Shown in pieces: positions 38,256-49,842 of a stretch of DNA of 64,000 nt. This DNA is from Eledone cirrhosa (taxonomy: Eukaryota), in NCBI GenBank assembly GCA_964016885.1, contig OZ024744.1, positions 68,696,001 through 68,760,000 of the forward strand, in the 5' to 3' direction. Made by a program: the position numbers and the translations under genes. The notes under the pieces were generated by a model, which saw nothing but the letters and a program-made list of their open reading frames with translations, was not told the DNA's origin and did not search any database. Positions within the stretch are counted from its first letter, which is position 1. The number at the start of each line of letters is the position of its first letter.

Positions 38256-38447
38256 GAAAATTTAAGTAAGAAAAAAATTTTTTTTTTAATTTTTTTAAAA
38301 AAATATTTTCTTATTTTACGTCCTTTATATTATTGTTCTGCATTCTCCTGCATTGAACCACCTAGGTACTATGACATAACCTGTGTATTTGCTGGCATGG
38401 GCGTGCATCTGTGCGCTTATGTTAGTTGATATATTAAATTATCTATC

Positions 38448-38470
<23 letters not shown>

Positions 38471-38478
<8 letters not shown>

Positions 38479-38632
38479 ATATTTGGGGAGGGTCATATTT
38501 GCGTAATATTGCCAGAATTAATAACAGAACACACTCACTGTTTGGTTGGTTTTCGCTTCTCGCCAAATATAACAATATCTGTTTCGACACACGATTTCAT
38601 ATAAAAAACCTCGCAAAACTAATTCATCGCCG

Positions 38633-38634
<2 letters not shown>
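38471..38634. mobile_element. Miniature fold-back of the family-e PLE terminus (about 100-bp arm, 16-bp inverted arm, tail)
   Basis: Matches 39283-39374 and the tail at 39239-39282 in reverse complement. Confidence 0.75.
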
Positions 38635-38666
<32 letters not shown>

Positions 38667-38668
<2 letters not shown>

Positions 38669-38857
38669 CGGAAGAAATGTGGTAAGGAACCAGGTGGACC
38701 ATAACGCACCAAAGTACTCAATACTTAGGGTAGTAGAGTGGGTAATAGGAACGAGTAGGACCCCGACGGCTGAGCTCAAGCCGTTTCGACGGCTAATTCT
38801 TGGTCCAGAATTAGCCGTCGAAACGGCTTGAGCTCAGCCGTCGGGGTCCTACTCGTT

Positions 38858-38862
<5 letters not shown>
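38667..38862. mobile_element. Fold-back element copy 2: perfect 56-bp arms (38745-38800 / 38807-38862), 6-nt loop, tail on the left
   Basis: Direct inspection. Homolog at 31811. Confidence 0.82.
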
Positions 38863-38925
<63 letters not shown>

Positions 38926-38956
38926 CATATATAATATGATAAAGTATAATTATATA

Positions 38957-39105
38957 TAATTGTTTCTACTATTGGCACAAGGCCAGAAATTATCCAGTAC
39001 ATTACTGGTACTTTATTTTATCGATCCCGTAAGGATGAAAGGCAAAGTTAACCTCGGCGGGATTTGAACTCAGAATGGCAAGGGCCGTAACTCTATGCGT
39101 CAAAG
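38957..39105 (-). mobile_element. tRNA-derived SINE fragment
   Basis: Same family as 41933. Confidence 0.8.
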
Positions 39106-39134
39106 CATAATTATATATAATCATAGATACATAT

Positions 39135-39228
<94 letters not shown>

Positions 39229-39792
39229 TATATATATATTAGTTTTGCGAGGTTTTTTATATGAAATCGTGTGTCGAAACAGATATTGTTATATTTGGGG
39301 AGGGTCATATTTGCGTAATATTGCCAGAATTAATAACAGAACACACTCACTGTTTGGTTGGTTTTCGCTTCTCGCTGTCTTTTATATATATATATCTGCG
39401 ATCTAACTTACTCGGTCCTCAATGTTGCCATTGACTGACCGGTGGTCAAAAATAAAATAATACAGATACAATATAGACAAACACATATATATATAGTTTA
39501 CATAAATCTTTCGTTGCACATCTGCAACATCGTCAGTGGTGTTATATTCATTGTTCCTCCTGTTGTGTTGTATGTCTACGCCATTTTTTTTGTTCAGTCC
39601 GTCTATATATTTATTTATTTGTTTGCTTGTTTGTTTATCTTATTTTATTTTGTCTTCTTTGCGCATGCGTTTGCGTGTGTGATGTGTGACTAGTGTGTAT
39701 AGTGTTGTGTCTGCTGGGTGACTAGTGTGTGTTTATGTGCTTGTGTATGTATTTATTTATCTTATTTTATTTAATTTAATTTACTTATTTAT

Positions 39793-40347
39793 TTATACTT
39801 CTCTTAGGTCAGTGTTGTTTGTTTGGGTGTTGTTGTTGTTCCACTCATTCTTTCTGTTTAGCTTTGGTCTTCTAATTTCTATTTCACTGGCCTCTCTGAT
39901 TTGCCTATCTGCTGGGTCATTCCTATGTTTAGATATTATTCTAATTTCTATGTTGTCTATGTTACCGTCATGATGTTGTCTAGCATGTTCGTATAGTACT
40001 GACCCGTTTTTTCGTCCTTTTAGTTCCCCCCAGTGTTGGTCTATCCTTTCACCTATGCTACGAGCTGTCTCACCTATGTATGTTGTTGTCGTGTTTCTAC
40101 AAGTACCCTCTGTACATCTTATGCTATAGACTACGTTTCTAGTTTTACAGTTTATCCGGGGGTTCACCTTACATATGATACATTTCCTATTGGTACAGTG
40201 GGTTTTCTTAAAAGGGTAGGTTTTGCTGATCAGGGATTTTATGGTGGTTCCTGGCTTTTCTACCACCTTTATTTTTAAGTGGGTCTTTCTCAGGGCCTTT
40301 CTACACTGGTTAGCTAATTTCCCTCCAGGGGTGGCGTCCACAAACAT
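39793..40347 (-). CDS. Mirror copy of the PLE GIY-YIG ORF
   Basis: Identical translation on the opposite strand. Confidence 0.8.
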   Translation of the reverse strand: MFVDATPGGKLANQCRKALRKTHLKIKVVEKPGTTIKSLISKTYPFKKTHCTNRKCIICKVNPRINCKTRNVVYSIRCTEGTCRNTTTTYIGETARSIGERIDQHWGELKGRKNGSVLYEHARQHHDGNIDNIEIRIISKHRNDPADRQIREASEIEIRRPKLNRKNEWNNNNTQTNNTDLREV

Positions 40348-40389
40348 GACACTCTGATATCTCTGATATCTCAGAGATATCAGAGTGTC

Positions 40390-40944
40390 ATGTTTGTGGA
40401 CGCCACCCCTGGAGGGAAATTAGCTAACCAGTGTAGAAAGGCCCTGAGAAAGACCCACTTAAAAATAAAGGTGGTAGAAAAGCCAGGAACCACCATAAAA
40501 TCCCTGATCAGCAAAACCTACCCTTTTAAGAAAACCCACTGTACCAATAGGAAATGTATCATATGTAAGGTGAACCCCCGGATAAACTGTAAAACTAGAA
40601 ACGTAGTCTATAGCATAAGATGTACAGAGGGTACTTGTAGAAACACGACAACAACATACATAGGTGAGACAGCTCGTAGCATAGGTGAAAGGATAGACCA
40701 ACACTGGGGGGAACTAAAAGGACGAAAAAACGGGTCAGTACTATACGAACATGCTAGACAACATCATGACGGTAACATAGACAACATAGAAATTAGAATA
40801 ATATCTAAACATAGGAATGACCCAGCAGATAGGCAAATCAGAGAGGCCAGTGAAATAGAAATTAGAAGACCAAAGCTAAACAGAAAGAATGAGTGGAACA
40901 ACAACAACACCCAAACAAACAACACTGACCTAAGAGAAGTATAA
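40390..40944 (+). CDS. PLE C-terminal Cys-rich linker + GIY-YIG endonuclease (5'-truncated element, 184-aa ORF)
   Basis: C..C..C..CKTRNVVYSIRC, YIGETARSIGERIDQH, SVLYEH, RQIREASEI and PKLN. Confidence 0.8.
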   Translation: MFVDATPGGKLANQCRKALRKTHLKIKVVEKPGTTIKSLISKTYPFKKTHCTNRKCIICKVNPRINCKTRNVVYSIRCTEGTCRNTTTTYIGETARSIGERIDQHWGELKGRKNGSVLYEHARQHHDGNIDNIEIRIISKHRNDPADRQIREASEIEIRRPKLNRKNEWNNNNTQTNNTDLREV

Positions 40945-41194
40945 ATAAATAAGTAAATTAAATTAAATAAAATAAGATAAATAAATACATACACAAGCAC
41001 ATAAACACACACTAGTCACCCAGCAGACACAACACTATACACACTAGTCACACATCACACACGCAAACGCATGCGCAAAGAAGACAAAATAAAATAAGAT
41101 AAACAAACAAGCAAACAAATAAATAAATATATAGACGGACTGAACAAAAAAAATGGCGTAGACATACAACACAACAGGAGGAACAATGAATATA

Positions 41195-41238
41195 ACACCA
41201 CTGACGATGTTGCAGATGTGCAACGAAAGATTTATGTA
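41195..41238 (+). ncRNA. Type I HHR (family e) with weak stem I. Mirror at about 39499-39542 (-)
   Basis: CTGACGA t gttgca gatg tgcaac GAAA gatt TA tgt. Confidence 0.65.
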
Positions 41239-41932
41239 AACTATATATATATGTGTTTGTCTATATTGTATCTGTATTATTTTATTTTTGACCACCGGTC
41301 AGTCAATGGCAACATTGAGGACCGAGTAAGTTAGATCGCAGATATATATATATAAAAGACAGCGAGAAGCGAAAACCAACCAAACAGTGAGTGTGTTCTG
41401 TTATTAATTCTGGCAATATTACGCAAATATGACCCTCCCCAAATATAACAATATATATATATTTATATATATATATATAATATAATCATATATAATTATA
41501 TGTAATTATATTATATCATATTATATATATTTTATATGTATATACATACATATATATAACGTATTTATTTGAAATTTAAAAATATATTATTTTGAAATTT
41601 AAAAAATACCTTCGGGCAATAGGAAAACAATTTAATTAAGTAATTAAAAAACAAACAAATAAAAAGCCACACAGTATAGATGTTCGTGTCATGTTACACA
41701 TAAAACTGAATTAGTTGCCCCAGGCTTCATAACATGTGATATGAAGTAAATGATATATAAATCTCCTACAGGATAAAAATACCAGCTCGCCAATCGTAAC
41801 ATTACTTAATAAAAAATTATCTAGATAAACTGTGGTAATGTACCGGATAGTCCGAAAGTCTTGTTGCACCTTTTCACATATTTTTTTAACTTTCATTATT
41901 TTTTGTTATAATAATATATAATATCATTAATT

Positions 41933-42115
41933 TGGCAGTATCGGTAGAGGGTCGGACGCCATGCTTTGCAGCAAAGAGTTACGGCCCTTTATGATCTGAG
42001 TTCAAATCTCGCCGAGGTTAACTTTGCCTTTCATCTTTACGGGGTCTATAAAATGAAGTACTAGTAATACACTGGGATAATTGCTGGCCTTGTGCCAAAA
42101 GTAGAAACAATTAAT
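41933..42115 (+). mobile_element. tRNA-derived SINE, near full length. Other copies at about 24448-24585, 42560-42760, 46740-46985, 49480-49640 and 51790-51940
   Basis: A-box tggcagtatcgg, B-box gagttcaaatc, conserved body gccgaggttaactttgcctttcatc..ggggtc, AT-rich tail. At least 9 copies in the window. Confidence 0.85.
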
Positions 42116-42154
42116 TATAATATATAATAATAATAATATAATTTTTTATTTCAG

Positions 42155-42334
42155 AGCTCCTACAGTTTGGAAGAGAGGCTGCTTGCAAGTGTATGGACAC
42201 ATAACCGTGTGCATTCTGCCAAGAGCATGGAGGATGTGCGACATGACTTCACTGCAAGATTCGGCAAACCAGCTCCTCTGAAGAAGACGATACTGCGATG
42301 GGAACATAAACTGTTTCTCCTTACTTTTTGTTAG
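42155..42334 (+). pseudogene. DUF4817-like HTH fragment (N-terminus of a Tc1/mariner-type transposase)
   Basis: Manual translation SYSLEERLLASVWTHNR..SMEDVRHDFTARFGKPAPLKKTILRWEHKLF. Recognised from memory only. Confidence 0.55.
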
Positions 42335-42827
42335 GGGTCTGAGAAGACTTTCGGACAATCAAGTCTGTAAGATGTTTGCCCAATTCAACTGCCTGCTCGT
42401 GAAAGTAATGTGCAAGGGACTGAGCATTCCACAAGCATGGTTTCACTTAATGTAATTCTTCAGGAAACACTATGACAAGGTCGGCCTTTGAAGTACAAGT
42501 GACAATGTAAGGGCTCTTTATAAGTAAAAGTATTGAAAATAATGGTGTCTTATATAGGTAGAAGTCCAGCAATTTTGGGGGAGGGAAAAGTCGATTAAAT
42601 CGACCCCAATGCGTGACTGGTACTTTATTTTATCGACCCCAAAAGAATGAAAGACAAAGTTAATCGGCTGGATTTGAACTCAGACCATAAAGAGTCGTAA
42701 CTCTATGCTACAAAGCACGGCGTCCTACCCTCTACCGAAACTGCCAATCCACCACCCTAAAAGTAGCGAAAATAATGAATAAATATACGTAGAAATACAC
42801 AGCTTCTAAAATGGCGCAGACAAGACA

Positions 42828-44055
42828 TACATATTGAGTAACCTATAAAAAAACTTGGATATTGGGTAACTTATAAAAGGATATGGATATTGGCGAACTT
42901 ATAAAAAGACATGGATATTGGGTAATCTATAAAAAGACAAGGATTTTGGTAACTTATAGAAATACATCGATATTGGGTAACTTATAAAAAAATATGGATA
43001 TTGGGTAACTTATAAAAAGATATATATATTGAGTAACCTATAAAACAACTTGGATATTGGGTAACTTATAGAAATACATAGATATTGGGTAACTTATATA
43101 AAAACATGGATATTGGGTAATTTATAAAAATACATGGATATTGGGCAACTTATAGAAAGACATGGATATTGGGTAACCTATAAAAAGACATGGATATTGG
43201 GTAACTTATAGAAAGACATGGATATTGGGTAACCTATAAAAAGACATGGATATTGGGTAACTTATAGAAAGACATGGATATTGGGTAACCTATAGAAAGA
43301 CATGGATATTGTGTAACCTATAGAAAGACATGGATATTGGGTAACCTATAAAAAGACATGGATATTGTGTAACCTATAAAAAGACATGGATATTGGGTAA
43401 CCTATAAAAAGACATGGATATTGGGTAACTTATAGAAAGACATGGATATTGGGTAACTTATAGAAAGACATGGATATTGGGTAACCTATAGAAAGACATG
43501 GATATTGTGTAACCTATAGAAAGACATGGATATTGGGTAACCTATAAAAAGACATGGATATTGTGTAACCTATAAAAAGACATGGATATTGGGTAACCTA
43601 TAAAAAGACATGGATATTGGGTAACTTATAGAAAGACATGGATATTGGGTAACTTATAGAAAGACATGGATATTGGGTAACCTATAGAAAGACATGGATA
43701 TTGTGTAACCTATAGAAAGACATGGATATTGGGTAACCTATAAAAAGACATGGATATTGTGTAACCTATAAAAAGACATGGATATTGGGTAACCTATAAA
43801 AAGACATGGATATTGGGTAACTTATAGAAAGACATGGATATTGGGTAACCTATAAAAAGACATGGATATTGGGTAACCTATAAAAAGACATGGATATTGT
43901 GTAACCTATAAAAAGACATGGATATTGGGTAACTTATAGAAAGACATGGATATTGGGTAACTTATAGAAAGACATGGATATTGTGTAACCTATAAAAAGA
44001 CATGGATATTGGGTAACTTATAGATAGACAGGAGTATTGGGTAACTCATAAAAAG
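42828..44055. repeat. 28-bp minisatellite (catggatattgggtaacctataaaaaga), about 43 copies
   Basis: 28-bp period with degenerate edges. Confidence 0.97.
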
Positions 44056-44835
44056 TGCCAGTCAAGTATTGCGGTCGATTCTTCCTCAATAGAAGAAATC
44101 TAATGTTTTCAGACCTGGAAAGGATTGGGCTCCACCAGGTTTTTAATTACCCTAGACATGCCGTATGACGGCGCCTCTACGACTCCACAAGTAATTATTG
44201 GATTTTTAACATTATCCTATAATTAGAATAAACGTTTGAAGTAGAACATTTGCATAGATAAATAAATGTTCAGGTTTACAAAAGCAAATAGAATAAGACA
44301 TGCAGAAAATACAATTGAAATATTTCAATGTTTGCTAAAAATGATAAATTTTCCACAGTTAAAGAACAACAACAACAACAACCACATATAAATAAACAAG
44401 ACGCGTTTGTATATTTCCAACCATTAAAAATAAAATTCCGTTAAAAAAGTTGTAAATAAAATATAAATAAAACTATTTTAAGTTGAAAGCAGGCTTTACT
44501 GCTATATAACTAGTACTATTACGTTGTTGAGTGATTTCAAGCATGTTGTAAAAACAAAATTTAAGCTGAATTATCAAAAGAGAAAAGTAGAAACAGCAAC
44601 CTTATAATGAAGTGTTGGGAATTTAAATATAAAAGTATAAACTGTTCAAGTATTTAGAATGAAACAAGTGATGAAAGTGTGAACTACACATTTGAAATAT
44701 AAATGGAGGTAGAGATGGTGTCAGAGGTCAGAATTATTCAAGAAGTGTATAAGGAAATAAACAAAAATAGAGCGGGATTACATATTCTTAATGAAGTGTA
44801 GACAGATTTTAAACTGAAAGGAATAACGAGAGTGA

Positions 44836-44978
<143 letters not shown>

Positions 44979-45034
44979 TGTGTGTGTGTGTGTGTGAAGA
45001 AGGTGAGTAATATACAATAAAACTATGCATATAT

Positions 45035-45432
45035 CAGATAAGTAGCACTCAACAGTTGGTAGAACTGGAGTATATATAATAAAGAAGAAATTAAGAGATG
45101 GTTAAAAGAGTTCCATATATTTTATTATGCGCATTTCGAATACAAAATCATCCTGGGACAAAAATTGTGTTCTCATCAGATAAAATAAGGTAACATGATA
45201 TGAGGCATAATATCACTTGTTTACAGGAAAGTACTAAGTCTACAAGGTAACATGATATGAGGCATAATAGCACTTTCCTGTAAACAAGTGCTATTATGCC
45301 TCATATCATATTACCTTATTTTATCTGATGAGAACACAATTTTTGTCCCAGGATGATTTTGTATTCGAAATGCGCATAATAAAATATATGGAACTCTTTT
45401 AACCATCTCTTAATTTCTTCTTTATTATATAT
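45035..45432. mobile_element. HHR-bearing fold-back element (45072-45432) with about 36-nt tail on the left
   Basis: Inverted arms of about 160 bp. The spacer contains a re-copied 27-nt piece of the arm. Confidence 0.85.
45317..45386 (+). ncRNA. Type I HHR (family g). Mirror at 45118-45187 (-)
   Basis: tattttat CTGATGA gaacacaa..ttgtattc GAAA tgcgca TA ataaaata. Confidence 0.85.
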
Positions 45433-45682
45433 ATATTGAAAATATATATAGTTGAAAATTGCAAACTTGACTGTCACCACATAATATGAACCTGAAGATT
45501 GCGAAAGCACGAAAGTACTTGTTCAATTAACACTTTACATTTAATATTCTACCATACTATTTCATTCTAATACCATTATAATTTTAAAGGATTGTAAATA
45601 AAACGAGCAAATCAAAGTTGGAATTCCTTTTATTAATATAATCTTTTATTCACAATCATACACACCAGTGTATATTTTTTTA

Positions 45683-45769
<87 letters not shown>

Positions 45770-46310
45770 CTAGCTGGCCCGTACGGCTGGCGCCCGGCTG
45801 GGTATACAGTCATTTTATCTTTTCAGGAATCCTCCCTCCACTCCAGTGCAAAGATATCGCACGCCCTCTCAAGTCTGCGAGGCTGGGGTGGGGCTGGAGG
45901 GTGAGGGGGGTTAACGTGCTCTGATGTTGGGTTTGGATAGTTTTTAAGATTCCCCAGTTCAGCAGCCAGTACGTTAAAGGAAATTGATAGTTACAACAAT
46001 AAAGGCTGAACAGAGAACACATTTTTTAACAAACAATAATTTGTACAACCATAATGGAAATTCCGAGTAACAGAAAATATTTAAAATTACATTGTTAGAG
46101 CCTCAGAGTATACAATAGTTTTTGTTCGGCCCTCCGGAGAAAAGATGAAACGATTGTTTGGCGAGCTCACCCTATAGCATCCTACATACAATTGACCATG
46201 GGAGAAGCATGTTTTCCCAGATGAAGGCCAGCCACTTTTAGGGATTGACCCTGAGCTTTGTTGATGGTAATCACGAAGCTTAGTCTTATTGGAAATTGAG
46301 GTCGCTTAAC
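45770..46310 (-). mobile_element. Helitron 3' fragment with PIF1 C-terminal remnant
   Basis: KRPQFPIRLSFVITINKAQGQSLKVAGLHL. GC-rich hairpin followed by CTAG at 45770-45773. Confidence 0.8.
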
Positions 46311-47074
46311 ATGTCCTGTAACTGGCGAATGATTTAAAGTCTGGTTCCTGGGATGGCCCGATGGCGACGTATTGCTTGGGGTGGGCATGACGCCACACGC
46401 CCATGCCCCCCCCCCCCCCTGCCAGTTCCACCGCCTCTGCAACACGCATAGCTATTGGTGTAGTGTCGATGAACTGGTAGCTGTGTATTTGCTGTATATA
46501 TTGAACAAAATTAGTAATAAGCATGATGGTAGTAACTGACACTAAGAAGAAGTCTAGACAATATTCACACGGACTTTTGATATTTGGATTCAGATATGCG
46601 TTTACTAATTAATCAAAGTATATACACCTGTAAATTATTTATACTAATTAATCAAAGTATATACACCTGTAAATTATTTCATATAACAGGTTTATTAGTC
46701 CATTTAACCTGCCAAGATGAATGACCATCTCAAAGGGATTTTCTACTTTTGGCACAAGGCCAGCAATTATCTCAGTGCATTACTGGTACTTTATTTTATC
46801 GACCCCGTAAAGATGAAAGGTAAAGTTAACCTCAGCGGGATTTGAACTCGCCGAGGTTAACTTTGCTTTTTATTTTCTGTAATAATTGTTTCTGATTTGG
46901 GGGAAGGTAAAAATTAATTAAAACTAACTCAGTGCATTATTGGTACTTTACTTTATCGACCACGTAAGGATGAAAGGCAAAGCAAACCAAGGTATCAAAA
47001 GAAAAATAAATTAATAGAAGTCGGTCTAATTTAAGCATCATATTTTAAACACATGCCCGAGTTTATAATGAAGG

Positions 47075-47260
47075 AAGTTTGAGGGCAGTATACCTTATCT
47101 TCTTTTACACAGTAAAGAAAGGACAGCAATTTGCTATTACTGACGAAATCATAAAACCAGAAGTGACTCAAGTTTTTATGAAGAAAAACTATCAACCTGT
47201 TCTAAAATGCATGTCAAGAAGTACAAGTGCAATGCAACGATAAATTGATGAAATGGACAA
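47075..47260 (+). pseudogene. Old hAT (Buster/ZBED5-like) transposase remnant
   Basis: Manual translation LRAVYLIFFYTVKKGQQFAITDEIIKP..VLKCMSRSTSAMQR*IDEM resembles the ASY..IAK.GKP.TIGE.LIKP..LSNNTVQRRIDEM block. Confidence 0.55.
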
Positions 47261-48450
47261 TAATGAACTGGTATTATAATCTAAATTTTCTCCTGGGAGA
47301 ATATTTGAAATAGAGGGAAAAGAAATAAGTAATGATTATGTAGTGTAGGAAAATGTTTTCAAATAAATGTGCTTTGTTTTTTGTATGAATATAAACTACT
47401 TTGTGTAGACAATTATGTTAAAGCATATAATGTACTATTGTTCCTATCTGTAGCTTGAGGAAACAAAGTAGGACTAATAGAAACTGAATGATGAACTCCA
47501 AGACCTGGTGGGATAAAGTAATCATAACGGAAATCAGGAAAATGAAACTCTGCAGGTATTTTTAAAACTGTAGATGTAAATAAAACACTGCCCAAAAACC
47601 AACCTTTGTCTAGTTGTTATTTTGTTTTGTTTTGTTAATGCTGTTGTTGTTGAAAAAAAAATCTATTTTAAACGATATTTCAGTTGTAACTACTACATCT
47701 TTATTTCGACATGGTGCAGTTATGAATACATTATTCCAATAAGTTATATTTTAAAGGTTGTATGCTATGTTTTCAGTGAGAGATAGTTGGCTTCTAGGTA
47801 AGTTAAACATATATGATAAAGAAAAACAGACAGAAATATAAAATCTTTGAAGTCCAGGAACGGTGATGATACAATGTGAGGAGGCTGGCTGAGAAGATGG
47901 TTGTGAAACTGAAAGCATATTTAGACGGAGGAATGGTAGAGTCTCACATTTAAGTAGCCAAAATAATTAAAACAAATTGAGGGTTTAGCCTGCTATCACC
48001 ATTTACATTCCATTTCTTACTTTTGAAAAAGGCACACACCCCGAAATATCATGAGATAATCGAAATGTTGTTAAATATAAAACAAAACAAAGTAACTGAT
48101 TAATTAACGTCTATGAATATGGAACATAAACATCGTTGGATAGCATTCATGAGCTCGACTGGTCTCACTTGTGGATGCAGCCGTACTAATTGGGGACGGT
48201 GTCTTCTGACAGAAACGTCTAGAAGACATGTCTGGGGAATCTGCTCCCACGACTTTTGCAGTATTAAGTGAGCGAAGAAGAAGAAGAAGAAGAAGAAAAG
48301 TGAAAAAGAAAAAAATAACGCGATAAAGAGGAGAATGGAAAGGGAGGTAAGTATTAAAGAAAAATAATTTAACTCGAGTTGTATAATTAATACAATTATC
48401 ACAGCTCTCATTTTCGTGATACATCCTGCTGTGGAATGAAATATCAAAAA

Positions 48451-48496
48451 CTACTACTACTACTACTACTACAACTACTACTACTACTACTACAAT

Positions 48497-48569
<73 letters not shown>

Positions 48570-48714
48570 GCTGCTGCTCCTGCTACTACTACTATTACAG
48601 TTGCAGCTGCTTTTGCTCCTGTTGTTGTTGCTGTTGCTGCTTCTACTACTACTGCTGTTATTGCTACTACTATTACTGCTGCTGCTGCTGCTACTACTAC
48701 TACTACTACTACTT

Positions 48715-48790
<76 letters not shown>
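48451..48790. repeat. (CTA)n trinucleotide tract with CTG/GTT interruptions
   Basis: Direct inspection. Confidence 0.97.
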
Positions 48791-49114
48791 AATCAAGGGA
48801 GATAAATCCATTGAATATTTGACATGCTGAAATGTTGTAGTGGTGACTGCAAATCTGAAGGCAGAGAAATGTATTTCGTGTCCGATTAGGAGACAGAGAT
48901 GGTGATACGAGTATTGCAACAAAATACTTTTTAGATATTTAGCAGGGTATTGATAACTATTAGTTCGGTAATGTGTTGGTTGCCTGATTGATTTGTTTAT
49001 TTATAGTAGTAGTGATGAAGCAAATGAGTAAGTGAATTGTATCTCAGTGAGCCGAGAGAACTTTTGCCATGTTCGAAGAAACAAGCAGTTGTACTCGCTT
49101 GTGGTGTGAAGTGA

Positions 49115-49312
49115 TACAGCTAAAATTCATTTATAACGAATACCATTATAACGAAATTTTCAGTATAACGAAACTTTTTCAATCCCGAGGTAATAACAAA
49201 CAAACGGTCAATTTGTTTCGGTTGATCTCGTTGTAAAAAAATATTTCGTTACAGCGAATTTTTTTTTTTATTACCCCGTGAATTTCGTAATAATGAATAA
49301 TTTTTATGTATT
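49115..49312. mobile_element. Degenerate pogo/Tigger-like MITE
   Basis: TA-CAG start, repeated ataacgaa on the left and ttcgt(t/a)a on the right. Confidence 0.4.
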
Positions 49313-49743
49313 ACTGTGGGGTGGATGATTCTCCCAAACACATGGAAAAGAATTAATTATGTAACAACACACCGCTAATTCTAATGTTTTTTTTATTTGT
49401 AACGTAATCTACTTCGAAAATATATTCAGCAATAAAAAACGGGAACAGATGCATTTATAGTTGTAGTGTTATTTGTGAATTAGCAGTATCGGTAGAGGGT
49501 CGGAGATGTTTTCCAGCATAGTTACGTCCCTTTACGGTCTGAGTTCAAATCCGAGGTTAACTTTGCCTTTCATCCTTACGGCGTCGATAAAATAAAGTAC
49601 TGGGTAATTGCTGGCCTTGTACCAAAGGTAGAAACGGTTATTTGTGCAAATGGAGAATCGCAAAATAATAAATTTACTAATCATGTTGATTGATCAAGTT
49701 GATAACAATCTCAGCTAGTGTCGATCCCTATAGTAGCTAGTGA

Positions 49744-49839
<96 letters not shown>

Positions 49840-49842
<3 letters not shown>

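Larger units (their letters stand above)
34588..38446. mobile_element. Retrozyme-like array: about 5.5 tandem 558-bp HHR-containing units (34588-37643, sense on the minus strand) plus 1.4 inverted units (37645-38446)
   Basis: The marker ggacgtaaaa recurs at 34593, 35151, 35709, 36266, 36824 and 37384. Units differ mainly in homopolymer length. No conserved ORF. (TA)n flanks. Confidence 0.88.
39239..41454. mobile_element. PLE 3'-end palindrome: 1084-bp arms (39283-40366 / 40371-41454), 4-nt loop, tail on the left
   Basis: Mirror ORFs in the ORF track. Arm coordinates sum to 80737 at every point checked. Confidence 0.93.

Noticed and set aside
35045-38429. 93-aa ORF (MPGDLTENRL...) in the 558-bp unit
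   Set aside because: Non-ATG start, runs through homopolymers, open in only some units, and overlaps the ribozyme.
41933-42012. tRNA gene
   Set aside because: A and B boxes belong to a multicopy SINE head and no cloverleaf could be formed.
42828-44055. CRISPR-like array of 28-bp repeats
   Set aside because: Repeats abut with no unique spacers, no cas genes, eukaryotic context.
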